Source of the DNA: Myxococcota bacterium
GTDB lineage: Bacteria > Myxococcota_A > UBA9160 > UBA4427
Direction: 5' to 3'
Assembly (NCBI GenBank): GCA_036336835.1
Contig: JAYZFK010000062.1
Span: 32,001 to 96,000 of the forward strand
Length of the DNA stretch: 64,000 bases
Positions within the stretch are counted from its first letter, which is position 1; every line of letters begins with the position of its first letter. This document shows, piece by piece, positions 49,769 to 61,785 of the stretch. The notes beneath the pieces were generated by a model. That model saw nothing but the letters and a program-made list of their open reading frames with translations. It was not told where the DNA came from and did no database searches. A program made the position numbers and the translations under genes.

Positions 49769-51061
49769 GTGTTCGAGCAGAGACGCAAGCGCTTGCTGGA
49801 AGCGATGGGCCCGGATGCGGTGGCGATCCTCCAGGGGGCCCGGTGTGCAACGCGCTCGAACGACACCGAGTTCCGCTTCCGGCAGGACAGCGATTTCTGG
49901 TACCTGAGCGGCTTCGACCACCCCGACGCCGTCGCGGTGATGAGAACCGACGGCGGGCCCGCGTACACGTTATTCGTACAGCCGCGCAATCCCGAGGCAG
50001 AGGTGTGGACCGGATTTCGTCCCGGAGTCGAAGGGGCGAAGGACGACTACGGTGCTGACGAGGCCTTTGCCATCGACGAGCTGCACCAACGCCTTCCCGA
50101 GCTGCTTGCAAAGGCGAAGCGCCTCCACCACCAGTTTGGGCGCGACCCGAAGCTCGATGCGGCGGCGATCGAGACCCTCGACGCAATGCGGCGGCGCTCT
50201 CGGCAGGGCGCCATCCCACCGTCCCAGATCATCGATCCACGCGAGATCCTGCACGAGATGCGGCTGTTCAAGAGCGCGCACGAGCTCGAGCTGATGCGTC
50301 GTGCGGCCGCAATCTCGCACGAGGCACACGCCGAAGCGGCGAAGCTCGCGCACGAGGGCCACCACGAGTACGAGCTCGAGGCGGTACTCGACTACACCTA
50401 TCGACGTCGCGGGGGCTGGGGGCCGGCGTACGGAACGATCGTGGCGGGCGGATCGAATGCCACTGTGCTGCACTACATCACCAACGATCAGCCGCTCCGA
50501 AACGGCGATCTCGTGCTGATCGACTCCGGCGCCGAGTTCCAGGGCTACGCATCCGACGTGACACGCACCTATCCGGTGGGCGGCCGCTTCGCCAGCTCGC
50601 ACCGCGCCGTCTATGAAGCTGTGCTCGAGGCGCAGCTCGCAGGGCTCGCGCTCTGCCAGCCCGGCAAGACGCTTCAGGACGTGCACGTGGCGACAACGCG
50701 CAGGCTCGTAGAGGGAATGGTATCGCTGGGCCTCGTGTCGGGAACCGTCGACGACATCATGGAGCAGCAGTCCTACCGCCCGTTCTACATGCACAGCACG
50801 TCCCACTGGCTCGGCCTCGACGTCCATGATGTCGGCTACTACTCGCACGACGAGGTGCCTCGACAACTCGAGCCCGGCATGGCGTTCACGGTCGAGCCGG
50901 GTATCTACATCTCGAAAGACGCCAAAGCTGCTCCCGAGCACCTTCGCGGTATCGGTGTGAGGATCGAGGACGACGTGGTGATCAGCGATGCCGGCCACGA
51001 GAACCTCAACGCGGCGATCCCGAAGCGAGTCGACGAAATCGAGGCCTGGGTGTCAAGCTAG
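49769..51061 (+). CDS. pepP: Xaa-Pro aminopeptidase
   Basis: FRQDSDFWYL, LHY, DSG..YASDVTRT, HWLGLDVHD, TVEPGIY, RIEDD. Confidence 0.95.
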   Translation: MFEQRRKRLLEAMGPDAVAILQGARCATRSNDTEFRFRQDSDFWYLSGFDHPDAVAVMRTDGGPAYTLFVQPRNPEAEVWTGFRPGVEGAKDDYGADEAFAIDELHQRLPELLAKAKRLHHQFGRDPKLDAAAIETLDAMRRRSRQGAIPPSQIIDPREILHEMRLFKSAHELELMRRAAAISHEAHAEAAKLAHEGHHEYELEAVLDYTYRRRGGWGPAYGTIVAGGSNATVLHYITNDQPLRNGDLVLIDSGAEFQGYASDVTRTYPVGGRFASSHRAVYEAVLEAQLAGLALCQPGKTLQDVHVATTRRLVEGMVSLGLVSGTVDDIMEQQSYRPFYMHSTSHWLGLDVHDVGYYSHDEVPRQLEPGMAFTVEPGIYISKDAKAAPEHLRGIGVRIEDDVVISDAGHENLNAAIPKRVDEIEAWVSS

Positions 51062-51079
51062 GAGGACGACGGAGCGCGA

Positions 51080-53029
<1,950 letters not shown>

Positions 53030-53053
53030 TCAACAGGCTCCCGGTTCGCGCAT

Positions 53054-53716
53054 TCAACCCCGACGCCGGACGCGGCGGAGGTTGGCGACCTTGGATTCGA
53101 TGCTTCGGTAGAGCTCGTCCACGTCGACGGGAATGTTCTTCTCGTAGCGCCTCGAGATCATCGTGATGGGGAAGAAGACGTCTTCGCGAGTGCCGAAGCG
53201 CAGTGCGCGCGTGCGACCGTATTCATCGTCGACGACCACCCATGCGAGATCGAGATGCTCGGCCAGCACGTCGCCCAGCACGACACCCAGGGCCTGGAGC
53301 TCGAAGCTCTGATCGCTGGCGAGCACGCGCTGGTCGATGAGCGTCTGCAGGATTCGCAGATCGGCCAGGGCACCGCCCCGAGGCGCCGCACCGACGTGGC
53401 GTCGCGCAAGCTCGTCGATGACAACACGCTGCCGTTCGAGGCGGCGGCGATCTCCGTCCCGCAACGGCTGGACGATCGAATCCACGGACTCGCGCAGCAT
53501 CGTCTTCTGCGCCTCATCGAGCACCACACGGGCCCGCTCCGCGTATGCATTGGAGGGCGTGAGGTCGTTCTCCGCGTACCAGTAGGCACCGCCCAGCACA
53601 ACGATGCAGAAGACGTAGAACAGCCCCTGGCGCTGCACGCTTCGCGTTCGGCGCTTGCGGCGCTCGGCGTTGCGCCGTTGACGCAGCTCCTTGATGTTCT
53701 CTTCCGATCGCTCCAT
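53054..53716 (-). CDS. Membrane-anchored DUF3806-like protein
   Basis: N-terminal TM helix; ELQALGVVLGD..WVVVDDEYG..FPITMISRR. Confidence 0.65.
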   Translation of the reverse strand: MERSEENIKELRQRRNAERRKRRTRSVQRQGLFYVFCIVVLGGAYWYAENDLTPSNAYAERARVVLDEAQKTMLRESVDSIVQPLRDGDRRRLERQRVVIDELARRHVGAAPRGGALADLRILQTLIDQRVLASDQSFELQALGVVLGDVLAEHLDLAWVVVDDEYGRTRALRFGTREDVFFPITMISRRYEKNIPVDVDELYRSIESKVANLRRVRRRG

Positions 53717-53786
53717 CGCGGCTCCGGATCCAGGATGCGCGAAGGCTCCTGCGTCAGCCTATCACGTGGGAATCCGGGCCCGCCCG

Positions 53787-54380
53787 CTAGGGGCCGCAGC
53801 GCGGGTCACTCGAGCGGCGGCCGACGACCCAGCGCCCATCCGATCGAAGCGTGACCTGGACCAGCCCGCCGAGTGCGGGCTCGCTCTCTGGCGGCGCCTC
53901 GCCGCACAGCCGCTCGACGATCCTTCGCACGACTCCCTTGTGCGCAACGACCAGCATCGAGCGCGCTCGCCGAGCGAGCATCCGCTCGAGCCCTGCCTCG
54001 ACGCGCGCCCGGAAGCTCGCACGGCGTTCGCCTTCCGGGAACTCGAAGCCTGGCGCTCCCTCGCGCCACAGGCGATACAACGAAGGATCGCGCTGCTCGA
54101 TCTCCTCGGCGGTGAGCCCCTCCCAGCGACCAAAGTCGATCTCGCGAAAGTCTGCCTCGAGCACGATCGGGGCCTGCGGCCTGACGATGCGCGCACCCTC
54201 CCAGGCACGTGCGAGCGGGCTCGCGACCACCAGATCGATGCCGTCGTCCGGCAGCGCGCGCGCCGCCTCGCGCATCTGGGCGCGACCCAGCGGCGAAAGC
54301 GCGACGTCGGTCGCGCCGTGGAAGCGGATGCTCGACTGGCCGTCGGTCTCACCGTGGCGAAGCAACAGGATCCGGCTCAT
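53787..54380 (-). CDS. Histidine phosphatase family protein
   Basis: RHGET, SPLARA, EIDFGRWEG, VAHKG; GGAG SD. Confidence 0.9.
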   Translation of the reverse strand: MSRILLLRHGETDGQSSIRFHGATDVALSPLGRAQMREAARALPDDGIDLVVASPLARAWEGARIVRPQAPIVLEADFREIDFGRWEGLTAEEIEQRDPSLYRLWREGAPGFEFPEGERRASFRARVEAGLERMLARRARSMLVVAHKGVVRRIVERLCGEAPPESEPALGGLVQVTLRSDGRWVVGRRSSDPRCGP

Positions 54381-54564
54381 GGCTCCTCCAGAGGTTCTCG
54401 AATCATCGGGAAGGGCGTGCCCGGGGTCAACGAGCGATAGACTCCACGCCGGAGGATCGATCGGGGGGTCCAATGGTGCACAGAGGCCTGGTTCTGATCG
54501 TTCTCGCGGTCCGCTCCGCTGAGTCGGCACCGAGGTGGCCCCGGCTGGGCGCCGAAGCCACGCC

Positions 54565-55659
54565 GTGAACCCCGACGCGACGCATCGGCGACGCATTCGG
54601 CGGCTGCGCGCCGCGCTGCTGGAGTGGTATCACGCCAACCGCCGCGATCTTCCCTGGCGCCGCTCGCGAGATCCCTACGCGATCTGGATCTCGGAGACGA
54701 TGCTGCAGCAGACGCGCGTCGAGACGGTGATTCCGTACTACGAGCGATTTCTCGAACGCTTTCCGAGCGTCGACGTGCTGGCCGACGCGGACGAGGACGA
54801 CGTATTCTCGGCCTGGGCCGGCCTGGGCTACTACTCGCGTGCACGCAATCTGCACCGCGCTTCGAAGCAGATCGCGAGCGATCACGGCGGCGAGCTGCCG
54901 CGCAGCGTGGCGGCGCTGCGCGCGCTTCCGGGCATCGGCCGATACACCGCGGGCGCCCTCGCCTCGATCGCTTTCGACGCGCCCGAACCGATCGTCGACG
55001 GCAACGTCGTCCGCGTGCTCACACGGCTTCACGGAATCCGCGAGGACACCGCGATCCGGTCGGTAATCGATCGTCTGTGGGACGAGGCAACGCTGCTCGC
55101 CCGAGGCGAGAGCCCGGGCGATCTCAACCAGGCGCTGATGGAGCTCGGGGCGCTCGTGTGCACGCCCCGCACGCCCGACTGCGCGGCGTGCCCGCTGGTG
55201 CGCAGCTGCAACGCGCATGCCCGTGGTGACGCCGAGGAGCTGCCGATCAAGACGAAGAAGACGAAGCCGCTGCCGATGGAAGCGGCCTGCGCAAGCATCG
55301 AGCGGCGCGGCAAGCTGCTCGCAACCCGGCGCCCTGAGAAGGGACTGATGGCAGGGATGTGGGAGCTCGCCGGTGGGGATCTGCTGCCCGACGAGGCACC
55401 CGAAGAGGGCTTCCACCGCGCCCTGCGCGAGCGGACCGGGCTGGCTGTCAAACGCGCTGAATCGATTGGCGAGATCGGCCACGCGTTCACGCACCGCACG
55501 CTGCGCTTGCACGTCTTCCGCTGTGGTCCGCCGACCGGTCGCATTCGACTCCGGGGCCCGACGGCACACCGCTGGGTGAGCCGGATCGAGCTCGAACGGC
55601 TCGCGCTCGGCAAGGCCACGCTCAAGGCGCTTGCGCTGCTCGACGAGCACCGGCGATGA
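54565..55659 (+). CDS. mutY: A/G-specific adenine glycosylase
   Basis: DLPWR, SETMLQQT, WAGLGYYSRARN, LPGIGRYTA, VDGNV, Fe-S Cys cluster, HAFTH. Confidence 0.95.
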   Translation: MNPDATHRRRIRRLRAALLEWYHANRRDLPWRRSRDPYAIWISETMLQQTRVETVIPYYERFLERFPSVDVLADADEDDVFSAWAGLGYYSRARNLHRASKQIASDHGGELPRSVAALRALPGIGRYTAGALASIAFDAPEPIVDGNVVRVLTRLHGIREDTAIRSVIDRLWDEATLLARGESPGDLNQALMELGALVCTPRTPDCAACPLVRSCNAHARGDAEELPIKTKKTKPLPMEAACASIERRGKLLATRRPEKGLMAGMWELAGGDLLPDEAPEEGFHRALRERTGLAVKRAESIGEIGHAFTHRTLRLHVFRCGPPTGRIRLRGPTAHRWVSRIELERLALGKATLKALALLDEHRR

Positions 55660-56156
55660 GCGGCAAGGACCGCGACCCGCCGTCCGACGAGTTTGCGAGC
55701 GCGCTCGGCGGTGTGAATCCGATCTCTGATCGGAGCAAGCGGGTACACAACCCCTCGCGGCCCGCCGGCGGCCCGCCCGCCGAGAGCCACCCAGATCCCT
55801 TCGTGCATCCCGACCCGGCCGAGCCGCGCTTCGCCCACCGCCAGCTGGCGAAGCAAGCCACCGTCGCTCGACTGCGCAGCGGCTCACTCGAGCCCCAGCG
55901 CCGGATCGACCTTCATCAGATGCGCGCCGAGCCCGCTCGGCAGGCGGTGGCACAGGCCATCGAGGCGACAGCGCGCGCGGGGAGCTCGGTCCTGCTGGTC
56001 GTGCACGGCCGCGGTCGACACCATGGCGGGGTCAGCGTGCTGCGCGAGGAGCTTCCGGGGTGGCTCGAGGCCATCGATCGGGTCGTCGCCTACGCACCCG
56101 CGCCCGGCCGGGACCGCGGCACCGGGGCCACGCTCGTGCTGATCCGCTCTTCCTGA
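55656..56156 (+). CDS. Smr-domain protein
   Basis: IDLH, VVHGRG, GTGATLV. Confidence 0.85.
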   Translation: MSGKDRDPPSDEFASALGGVNPISDRSKRVHNPSRPAGGPPAESHPDPFVHPDPAEPRFAHRQLAKQATVARLRSGSLEPQRRIDLHQMRAEPARQAVAQAIEATARAGSSVLLVVHGRGRHHGGVSVLREELPGWLEAIDRVVAYAPAPGRDRGTGATLVLIRSS

Positions 56157-56210
56157 GCGCCGGGCGGACCGGCGACAGCGCGGTACAGTGGAGCGCGACA
56201 GGGGCAACGG

Positions 56211-57296
56211 TTGAGCAGCACCTTCGGAAAGATCTTTCGAATCGCGACCTTCGGCGAGTCGCACGGCGGCGGTGTGGGGGTCGTGATCGAGGGCTGCCCA
56301 CCGCGGCTCGAGCTGGATGTCGCCGAGATCCAGCGCGATCTCGACCGCCGACGTCCGGGCCAGAGCAAGCTCACGACGCCCCGGCAGGAAGCCGACCGGG
56401 CCGAAATCCTGTCGGGCCTGTTCGAGGGCCGGACCCTCGGCACGCCGATCAGCGTCCTCGTGCGCAACACGGACGCCCGACCCGCGGCCTACGAGCCCAT
56501 GAAGGATATCTATCGGCCCTCGCACGCCGACTTCACCTACGAGGCGAAGTTCGGCATCCGAAACTGGCAGGGCGGGGGGCGCGCCAGCGCGCGGGAAACG
56601 ATCGGCCGGGTCGCCGCGGGCGCCGTGGCACGCAAGCTGCTGCGCGAAGTGGCCGGCATCGAAGTGCTCGCCTGGGTCGCGCGCGTCCGCGAGGTCGAAG
56701 CCAAGCTCGACGCGCTGCGCGTGACGCTGGGCCAGGTCGAAGGCAACGCGGTGCGTTGTCCGGATCCGGAGGCCGCAGCCGAGATGGAGCGCCAGATCGA
56801 CCTGGCGCGCAAGGCGGGCGACTCGCTAGGCGGCGTCGTCGAGTGCATCGCGCGCAATGTCCCAGCAGGTCTCGGCGAGCCGGTCTTCGACAAGCTCGAG
56901 GCCGAGCTGGCGCGGGCGATGTTGTCGCTGCCCGCCTCGAAGGGCTTCGAGATCGGTAGCGGGTTCGCCGGCACGCTGCTGACAGGCAGCGAGCACAACG
57001 ACCCGTTCGTCTCGGACGAGCAGGGCTCACCGCGGACCACGACCAATCGCTCCGGCGGTGTGCAGGGCGGCATCAGCAACGGTGAGGCGATCCAGCTGCG
57101 CGTCGCATTCAAGCCGACGGCGACCATCCGATCGGCTCAGCAGACGGTGGACCGCGACGGCAAGGCCGTGACCCTCGAGGCACAGGGCCGACACGACCCG
57201 TGCGTGCTGCCGCGCGCCGTCCCGATGGTCGAGGCGATGGCCTGCCTGGTGCTGGCCGACCATCTCCTGCGCCAGCGCGTCGTCGACGTGCTCTAA
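56211..57296 (+). CDS. aroC: Chorismate synthase
   Basis: [35 protein letters not shown]. Confidence 0.97.
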   Translation: MSSTFGKIFRIATFGESHGGGVGVVIEGCPPRLELDVAEIQRDLDRRRPGQSKLTTPRQEADRAEILSGLFEGRTLGTPISVLVRNTDARPAAYEPMKDIYRPSHADFTYEAKFGIRNWQGGGRASARETIGRVAAGAVARKLLREVAGIEVLAWVARVREVEAKLDALRVTLGQVEGNAVRCPDPEAAAEMERQIDLARKAGDSLGGVVECIARNVPAGLGEPVFDKLEAELARAMLSLPASKGFEIGSGFAGTLLTGSEHNDPFVSDEQGSPRTTTNRSGGVQGGISNGEAIQLRVAFKPTATIRSAQQTVDRDGKAVTLEAQGRHDPCVLPRAVPMVEAMACLVLADHLLRQRVVDVL

Positions 57297-57405
57297 CCGG
57301 CTGCCGGCAAGCTTTGCGGCGCGGTCGCCCCAACCGGCCCTGGATCTCCCGAGCGGAGCGCGATTGGTTGCAGCCTCTGGCGGCACCACCGATCGAGAAG
57401 AAGTG

Positions 57406-57846
57406 TCAGGGCAGTAGCACGAAGCCGCTGGCAGCCGCGAGGGCGGCCAGCAGCACAGCCAGCAACGCAATCCGTGCGTGCAGCGGCCGAGCGGCCGTCA
57501 GGCCTTGCTCGAGACGGTGACCGACGAGCGCAGTAGTGACGAACGTCGCGAGCGTCGCGACGCCCACCCAGGAGTGGAACGTAAGGAACGGCGTCCAATC
57601 GCGCAGCAGCCAGGAAGACAGCGGCCCGCCGAGCGCGCCGACTGCGATCAGCGCGACGGCCGGCTTCCCAAGCCTCAGGTGTCGGCGCCGCAGCGCGACC
57701 CGGCCGGGCTGCGAGTGCCGCCGAAGACGGCGCAGCTCGAGACCCGCGCGCAGCGTCAACCCCGCGAGCCCGAGCGAAACCGTCATCCAGGCGGGATGGA
57801 GCCAGGCCAGCCAGCGGTACAGCGCGTCGTGACCTGCGGGGTCCAG
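57406..57846 (-). CDS. Small membrane protein, DUF4079 / cytochrome b561-like
   Basis: TM helices with His residues (LHP, RRH, TFHSW, PLH); protein-like frame extends upstream of ATG 57786 to CTG 57846. Confidence 0.6.
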   Translation of the reverse strand: MDPAGHDALYRWLAWLHPAWMTVSLGLAGLTLRAGLELRRLRRHSQPGRVALRRRHLRLGKPAVALIAVGALGGPLSSWLLRDWTPFLTFHSWVGVATLATFVTTALVGHRLEQGLTAARPLHARIALLAVLLAALAAASGFVLLP

Positions 57847-58572
57847 CTACTCGACCTTGTGCACGCCGTCGCTCGGCAGTCTGTCGAGCAGCGAGGCGAT
57901 TGCGCGCTCGAGGTAGGCTCTGTCACGCGACTCGAGCGTGAGGAGGACCCGATAGTGCTCCTCGCCGATGCGCGGGTAGGAGCCGAGCATCAGCTCCGGA
58001 AACTCGCCGAGCAGATCGTTCAGCGAGTGGGCAATGTCGTGCTCGCGCAGGGTGACGAAGACGCGGCGCAGATGGAACGGAATGCCACGGAAGCGCTCTC
58101 GGATCGACTGGAACTTCTTCTGCAGCAGCTCCGGGATACCGGGGAAGATGTGGACGTTCTCGACCACGACGACGGGAAACCATAGATCGCCCGAGTCGAT
58201 CAGCACCGCGTTCTCGGGGATCATCGCCATCTTGCGCTGACTCTCGTTGGGCGGCTTTCCCTGTGCCCGCTCCATCCGCTCGACCATCGAGGCATTCTCC
58301 ACGATCGGACGATCGAACGCCCTGGCGACTGCCTCGAGCGTCATGTCGTCGTGAGTCGGACCGATGCCTCCCGACGTGAAGACGTAGTCGTAGGCAGTGC
58401 TCATCGCGCGCACCTCGCTCGCGATCAGATCCACCTCGTCGGGGATCGTCAGGATGCGTTCGAGATCGACGCCTAGCTCCCGCAGCTCTCTGGCGAGATA
58501 GGGAGAGTTGGTGTCGATTACCTTGCCCGAAAGGATCTCGTTCCCGATCACGAGCAGGCCGGCGGCGGGCAT
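57847..58572 (-). CDS. CinA-N/MocF-like molybdopterin-binding domain protein (no PncC domain)
   Basis: IGNEILSG..DTNS, TSGGIGPTHDDMT, FPGIP, GSYP. Confidence 0.88.
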   Translation of the reverse strand: MPAAGLLVIGNEILSGKVIDTNSPYLARELRELGVDLERILTIPDEVDLIASEVRAMSTAYDYVFTSGGIGPTHDDMTLEAVARAFDRPIVENASMVERMERAQGKPPNESQRKMAMIPENAVLIDSGDLWFPVVVVENVHIFPGIPELLQKKFQSIRERFRGIPFHLRRVFVTLREHDIAHSLNDLLGEFPELMLGSYPRIGEEHYRVLLTLESRDRAYLERAIASLLDRLPSDGVHKVE

Positions 58573-58747
58573 CCCGGCATCCTAGCAGGAGGGGAACTCG
58601 CGCACTGACGCGATGATGCGGGTTCGGGCGGGCGAGGGCGCGCCGATCTCAGGCCCTTTCGGCGTCGTCGCGGCGTGCTCGTCTCGGTCGATCCCACCTG
58701 TCACGATCTACGACCTTGGGGGGGCTATCCTGGACGCCGTGAAATCG

Positions 58748-59032
58748 ATGGCTTGCAAGATCCAGTTTCTGCCTTCGGGGGCGATCGCTCGCGTCTCCGC
58801 GGGGACCTCGCTGCTGGAGGCTGCGCGATCGGTCGGGCTTCCGGTTGCCAGTGCTTGCGGAGCGGACGGGCTCTGTGCTCGCTGCGGAATGCAGATCCTC
58901 GAGGGCGACGCGGGACGCGAGACGCCGGCAGAGGTCGAGATCAAACGGTCCAACCGGATCGATCCGCAGCATCGACTGGCGTGCCGGATCCGCGTCACTG
59001 GCGATCTGGTCGCCACGGCGACCTACTGGTGA
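58748..59032 (+). CDS. 2Fe-2S ferredoxin
   Basis: CGADGLCARC...RLAC. Confidence 0.88.
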   Translation: MACKIQFLPSGAIARVSAGTSLLEAARSVGLPVASACGADGLCARCGMQILEGDAGRETPAEVEIKRSNRIDPQHRLACRIRVTGDLVATATYW

Positions 59033-59415
59033 CCGCGGCCGGAGACGAGCGCCTGGCGATCGTGCTGATCGACCACGGCAGTAGGCGCGCGGAGGCGAAC
59101 GCTCAGCTCGAGGAGCTGCGCAAGCGGGTGGCCTCGCAGCGACCCCGGGCTCGCGTGCTCACAGCCCACCTCGAGGTCGCCGAGCCAGGTCTGCAGCGGG
59201 TGATCGACGACTGCGTCGCGGACGGCGCGACCCGGGTCGTCGTCCATCCCTTCTTCTTGTCGCCGGGCCGTCACACGCAGCAGGACATTCCCGAGCAGAT
59301 GCGAGCCGCGCGCAACCGGCATCCGAATGTTGCAATCGTCCAGAGCGAGCCGCTCGGCCTGAGCGATGAGCTGGTGGACCTCGTGCTGGCGCGGATCGAC
59401 GAGGTCGCTGGTTAG
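59029..59415 (+). CDS. Single-domain CbiX/SirB sirohydrochlorin chelatase
   Basis: DHGSRR, LEVAEP, PFFLSPGRH..DIP, PLG; GTGA overlap with the ferredoxin. Confidence 0.88.
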   Translation: MTAAGDERLAIVLIDHGSRRAEANAQLEELRKRVASQRPRARVLTAHLEVAEPGLQRVIDDCVADGATRVVVHPFFLSPGRHTQQDIPEQMRAARNRHPNVAIVQSEPLGLSDELVDLVLARIDEVAG

Positions 59416-59436
59416 CGGCCCTGCCGACAGTCTTCC

Positions 59437-61152
59437 CTAGCGTCGCGTCGTTGCCGTGCGCGCGCTGCCCTCGATGTAGCGTTTGCCGAGCGGCGACAGG
59501 TCGCGGCCGTCGACCCGAACGTCGATTATCGCGAAGCGCTGCAGCGAGTGCGCCTCGTGCAGCGAGTCGCGCAGCTCGCCCACGGTATTGACGGCAAAGC
59601 CGGCCCCGCCCCAGCCGTTGGCCATCTCGGCGTACGGCCAGTTCGGTATCTCGAGCAGACCCTGCTGAGTCGTCACAGGCCGGAAGATCCCCCAGCCGCC
59701 GTTGTTCACGATGACCACCAGAGGTGACAGCCTCTTCGGGACAGCGTGGGCGATCTCGACCCCCGTCATCTGGAAGCCGCCGTCTCCACAGAGAACGAGC
59801 GGCCGGATACCGGTCGCGATCTGCGCACCCATCGCGGCTGGCACGGCAAAGCCCATCGAAGCGTAGAAGCCCTGCGCGAAGTAGTTCCCCTTGCCGTGGA
59901 GCCGCAGCTCGAGGCCTCCAAAGAGCATGTCCCCGCTCTCGGCCACCACGTGGTAGTCGGCGTGCTCGGCCAGGAAGTCGTTGAGCTCGACCAACAGGTC
60001 GTTGACATCGATGGTGCGCGAGCGCGGGAGCCTCCCGCTTGTCGGGCGCTTGAGGTTGTCGTAGTAGCTGATCCGTTCGCGGCGCCGTGAAACCTTCGCC
60101 CGCGACAGCGCCCGAACGAACTCGCCGAGGGTTACCTCGCTGTACTCGTGCTGTGAGATCGCGACTCGCCCGTCGACGGCCCAGATGGAACGCTCCTCTG
60201 GGACCGACCAGCGAGACGCTCCGAGATTCAGATCCGTCCGATGCGAACCGAGCGCGAGCACGAGGTCGGCCTGCTTGACGCGCTTCTGGATCGCCGGGTG
60301 CGAGGCGCCCCCGATCGAGATTCCCATGTGCAGCGGATGACTCATCGGGAAGACGCCCTTGGCGAGCACCGTAGTGACGACGGGCGCCCCGGTGTTCTCG
60401 GCAAAGCGTCGGAAGTCTCGATCGGCCGACTCGCGGAACAACTCGACGCCGGCGAGCAGCAGAGGACGCCTAGCGGCGCGCAGGCGATCGAGCGTCTCGG
60501 ACACCGCTTCGGCGAGCTTCTTGCGGTTCGAACGCGGCCGCGGGAACTTGCCGTCCCAGTCGCACAGCCACTGCGGCACTGGAATCTTCTCGTCCACCAG
60601 ATCGCGGTGGATCTCGAGGTAGCCGGGCCGATGCTCGTGCACGATCGCGGCGACGGTGGCGTGGATCTGCTCGGCCGCGAGTTCGGGACGATCGATGATC
60701 GCGGTGGCACAGCACACCTCGTCGAAGATTCGCGACTGTGCCTCGACATCCTTCACCTGGTGGTGGATCAGCGCCACCTTCTGCTCCGCCTCTCCGGGCC
60801 CGCCCGAGACGACGAGCAGGGGAACACGCTCGGCGTAGGCACCGGCGACGGCGTTGACGACGTTGTGCCCGCCCGCTCCGTACGTCACGCACACGACACC
60901 GAGCCGGCGAGAGGCGCGCGCGTAGCCGTCGGCGGCGAAGCCGACCGCCGGCTCGTGCGAGAACGTCACGATCTCGAGTCCGCGCGCGCGGCCGAAACGC
61001 TGGAACAAGCCGAGCACCAGATCGCCGGGCAGCCCGAAGATCTGCTCGACCCCGGTGCGCTCGAGATAGGCGACCAGGAAGCTGCCGAGCGCCATGTTGG
61101 GCCGGATCGCGGCGACTCGATCAGAGCGGCGTCGACGCAGTCTTCTGGTCAT
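59437..61152 (-). CDS. TPP-dependent 2-oxoacid (indole-/phenylpyruvate-type) decarboxylase
   Basis: FGLPGD, HEP..FAADGYAR, HHQ, YASMGF, GDGGFQMT..NN. Confidence 0.85.
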   Translation of the reverse strand: MTRRLRRRRSDRVAAIRPNMALGSFLVAYLERTGVEQIFGLPGDLVLGLFQRFGRARGLEIVTFSHEPAVGFAADGYARASRRLGVVCVTYGAGGHNVVNAVAGAYAERVPLLVVSGGPGEAEQKVALIHHQVKDVEAQSRIFDEVCCATAIIDRPELAAEQIHATVAAIVHEHRPGYLEIHRDLVDEKIPVPQWLCDWDGKFPRPRSNRKKLAEAVSETLDRLRAARRPLLLAGVELFRESADRDFRRFAENTGAPVVTTVLAKGVFPMSHPLHMGISIGGASHPAIQKRVKQADLVLALGSHRTDLNLGASRWSVPEERSIWAVDGRVAISQHEYSEVTLGEFVRALSRAKVSRRRERISYYDNLKRPTSGRLPRSRTIDVNDLLVELNDFLAEHADYHVVAESGDMLFGGLELRLHGKGNYFAQGFYASMGFAVPAAMGAQIATGIRPLVLCGDGGFQMTGVEIAHAVPKRLSPLVVIVNNGGWGIFRPVTTQQGLLEIPNWPYAEMANGWGGAGFAVNTVGELRDSLHEAHSLQRFAIIDVRVDGRDLSPLGKRYIEGSARTATTRR

Positions 61153-61727
61153 CGTTCTCCTCCATCTTGCCTCGCGCCAGGCAAGCCGCGAGCGAGCTCC
61201 CACCAGTAGAGACCGGCGATCACCAGGGCATGGTCGACGTCACCCGCGCGCACGCGCTCCAGGAGCTCGCCCCTCGCCAGGAGTTCGACGCGGGTCTCCT
61301 CTGCGCCCTCGTTCGCAATTTCCGCGACGCGCGTACAGGCCGTGGCGAGGAAAGTATGGACCCGGTTGTCGAACAGCGCGGGATTCGGGCTCACCCGGCC
61401 GAGGGAGACTACATCGCCGGCTCGATATCCAGTCTCCTCGAGTAGCTCGCGGGCGGCGGCCGCGGCCGGCTCCTCGCCGGGGTCGACCATGCCTCCAGGA
61501 ATCTCGAGCGTCACCTCGCGCGAGCCGTGACGAAACTGCCGCACCATCACCACCTGGTCGTCGGGCGTCAGTGGCACGACGTTGACCCAGTCCACGGACT
61601 CGATCCGGTAGAAGTCGTGCGGCCGGCCGGTGCGCGGCGAGCGGGCCCGGGCGCGCACCACGTTGAAGATGCGGCAATCCTGGAGGGTCTCCTCCTCGAG
61701 TAGCGGCCAGATTTCGGGTTTTGACAT
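61149..61727 (-). CDS. Nudix hydrolase (ADP-ribose pyrophosphatase-like)
   Basis: RQFRHG..LEIPGG.VDPGE..AARELLEETG. Confidence 0.9.
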   Translation of the reverse strand: MSKPEIWPLLEEETLQDCRIFNVVRARARSPRTGRPHDFYRIESVDWVNVVPLTPDDQVVMVRQFRHGSREVTLEIPGGMVDPGEEPAAAAARELLEETGYRAGDVVSLGRVSPNPALFDNRVHTFLATACTRVAEIANEGAEETRVELLARGELLERVRAGDVDHALVIAGLYWWELARGLPGARQDGGER

Positions 61728-61785
61728 GCGGCAAAGTTAGCCCTCCCAGCCTGCTAGCCTGCGACCCCGTCAGGAGGGCCTCGCC

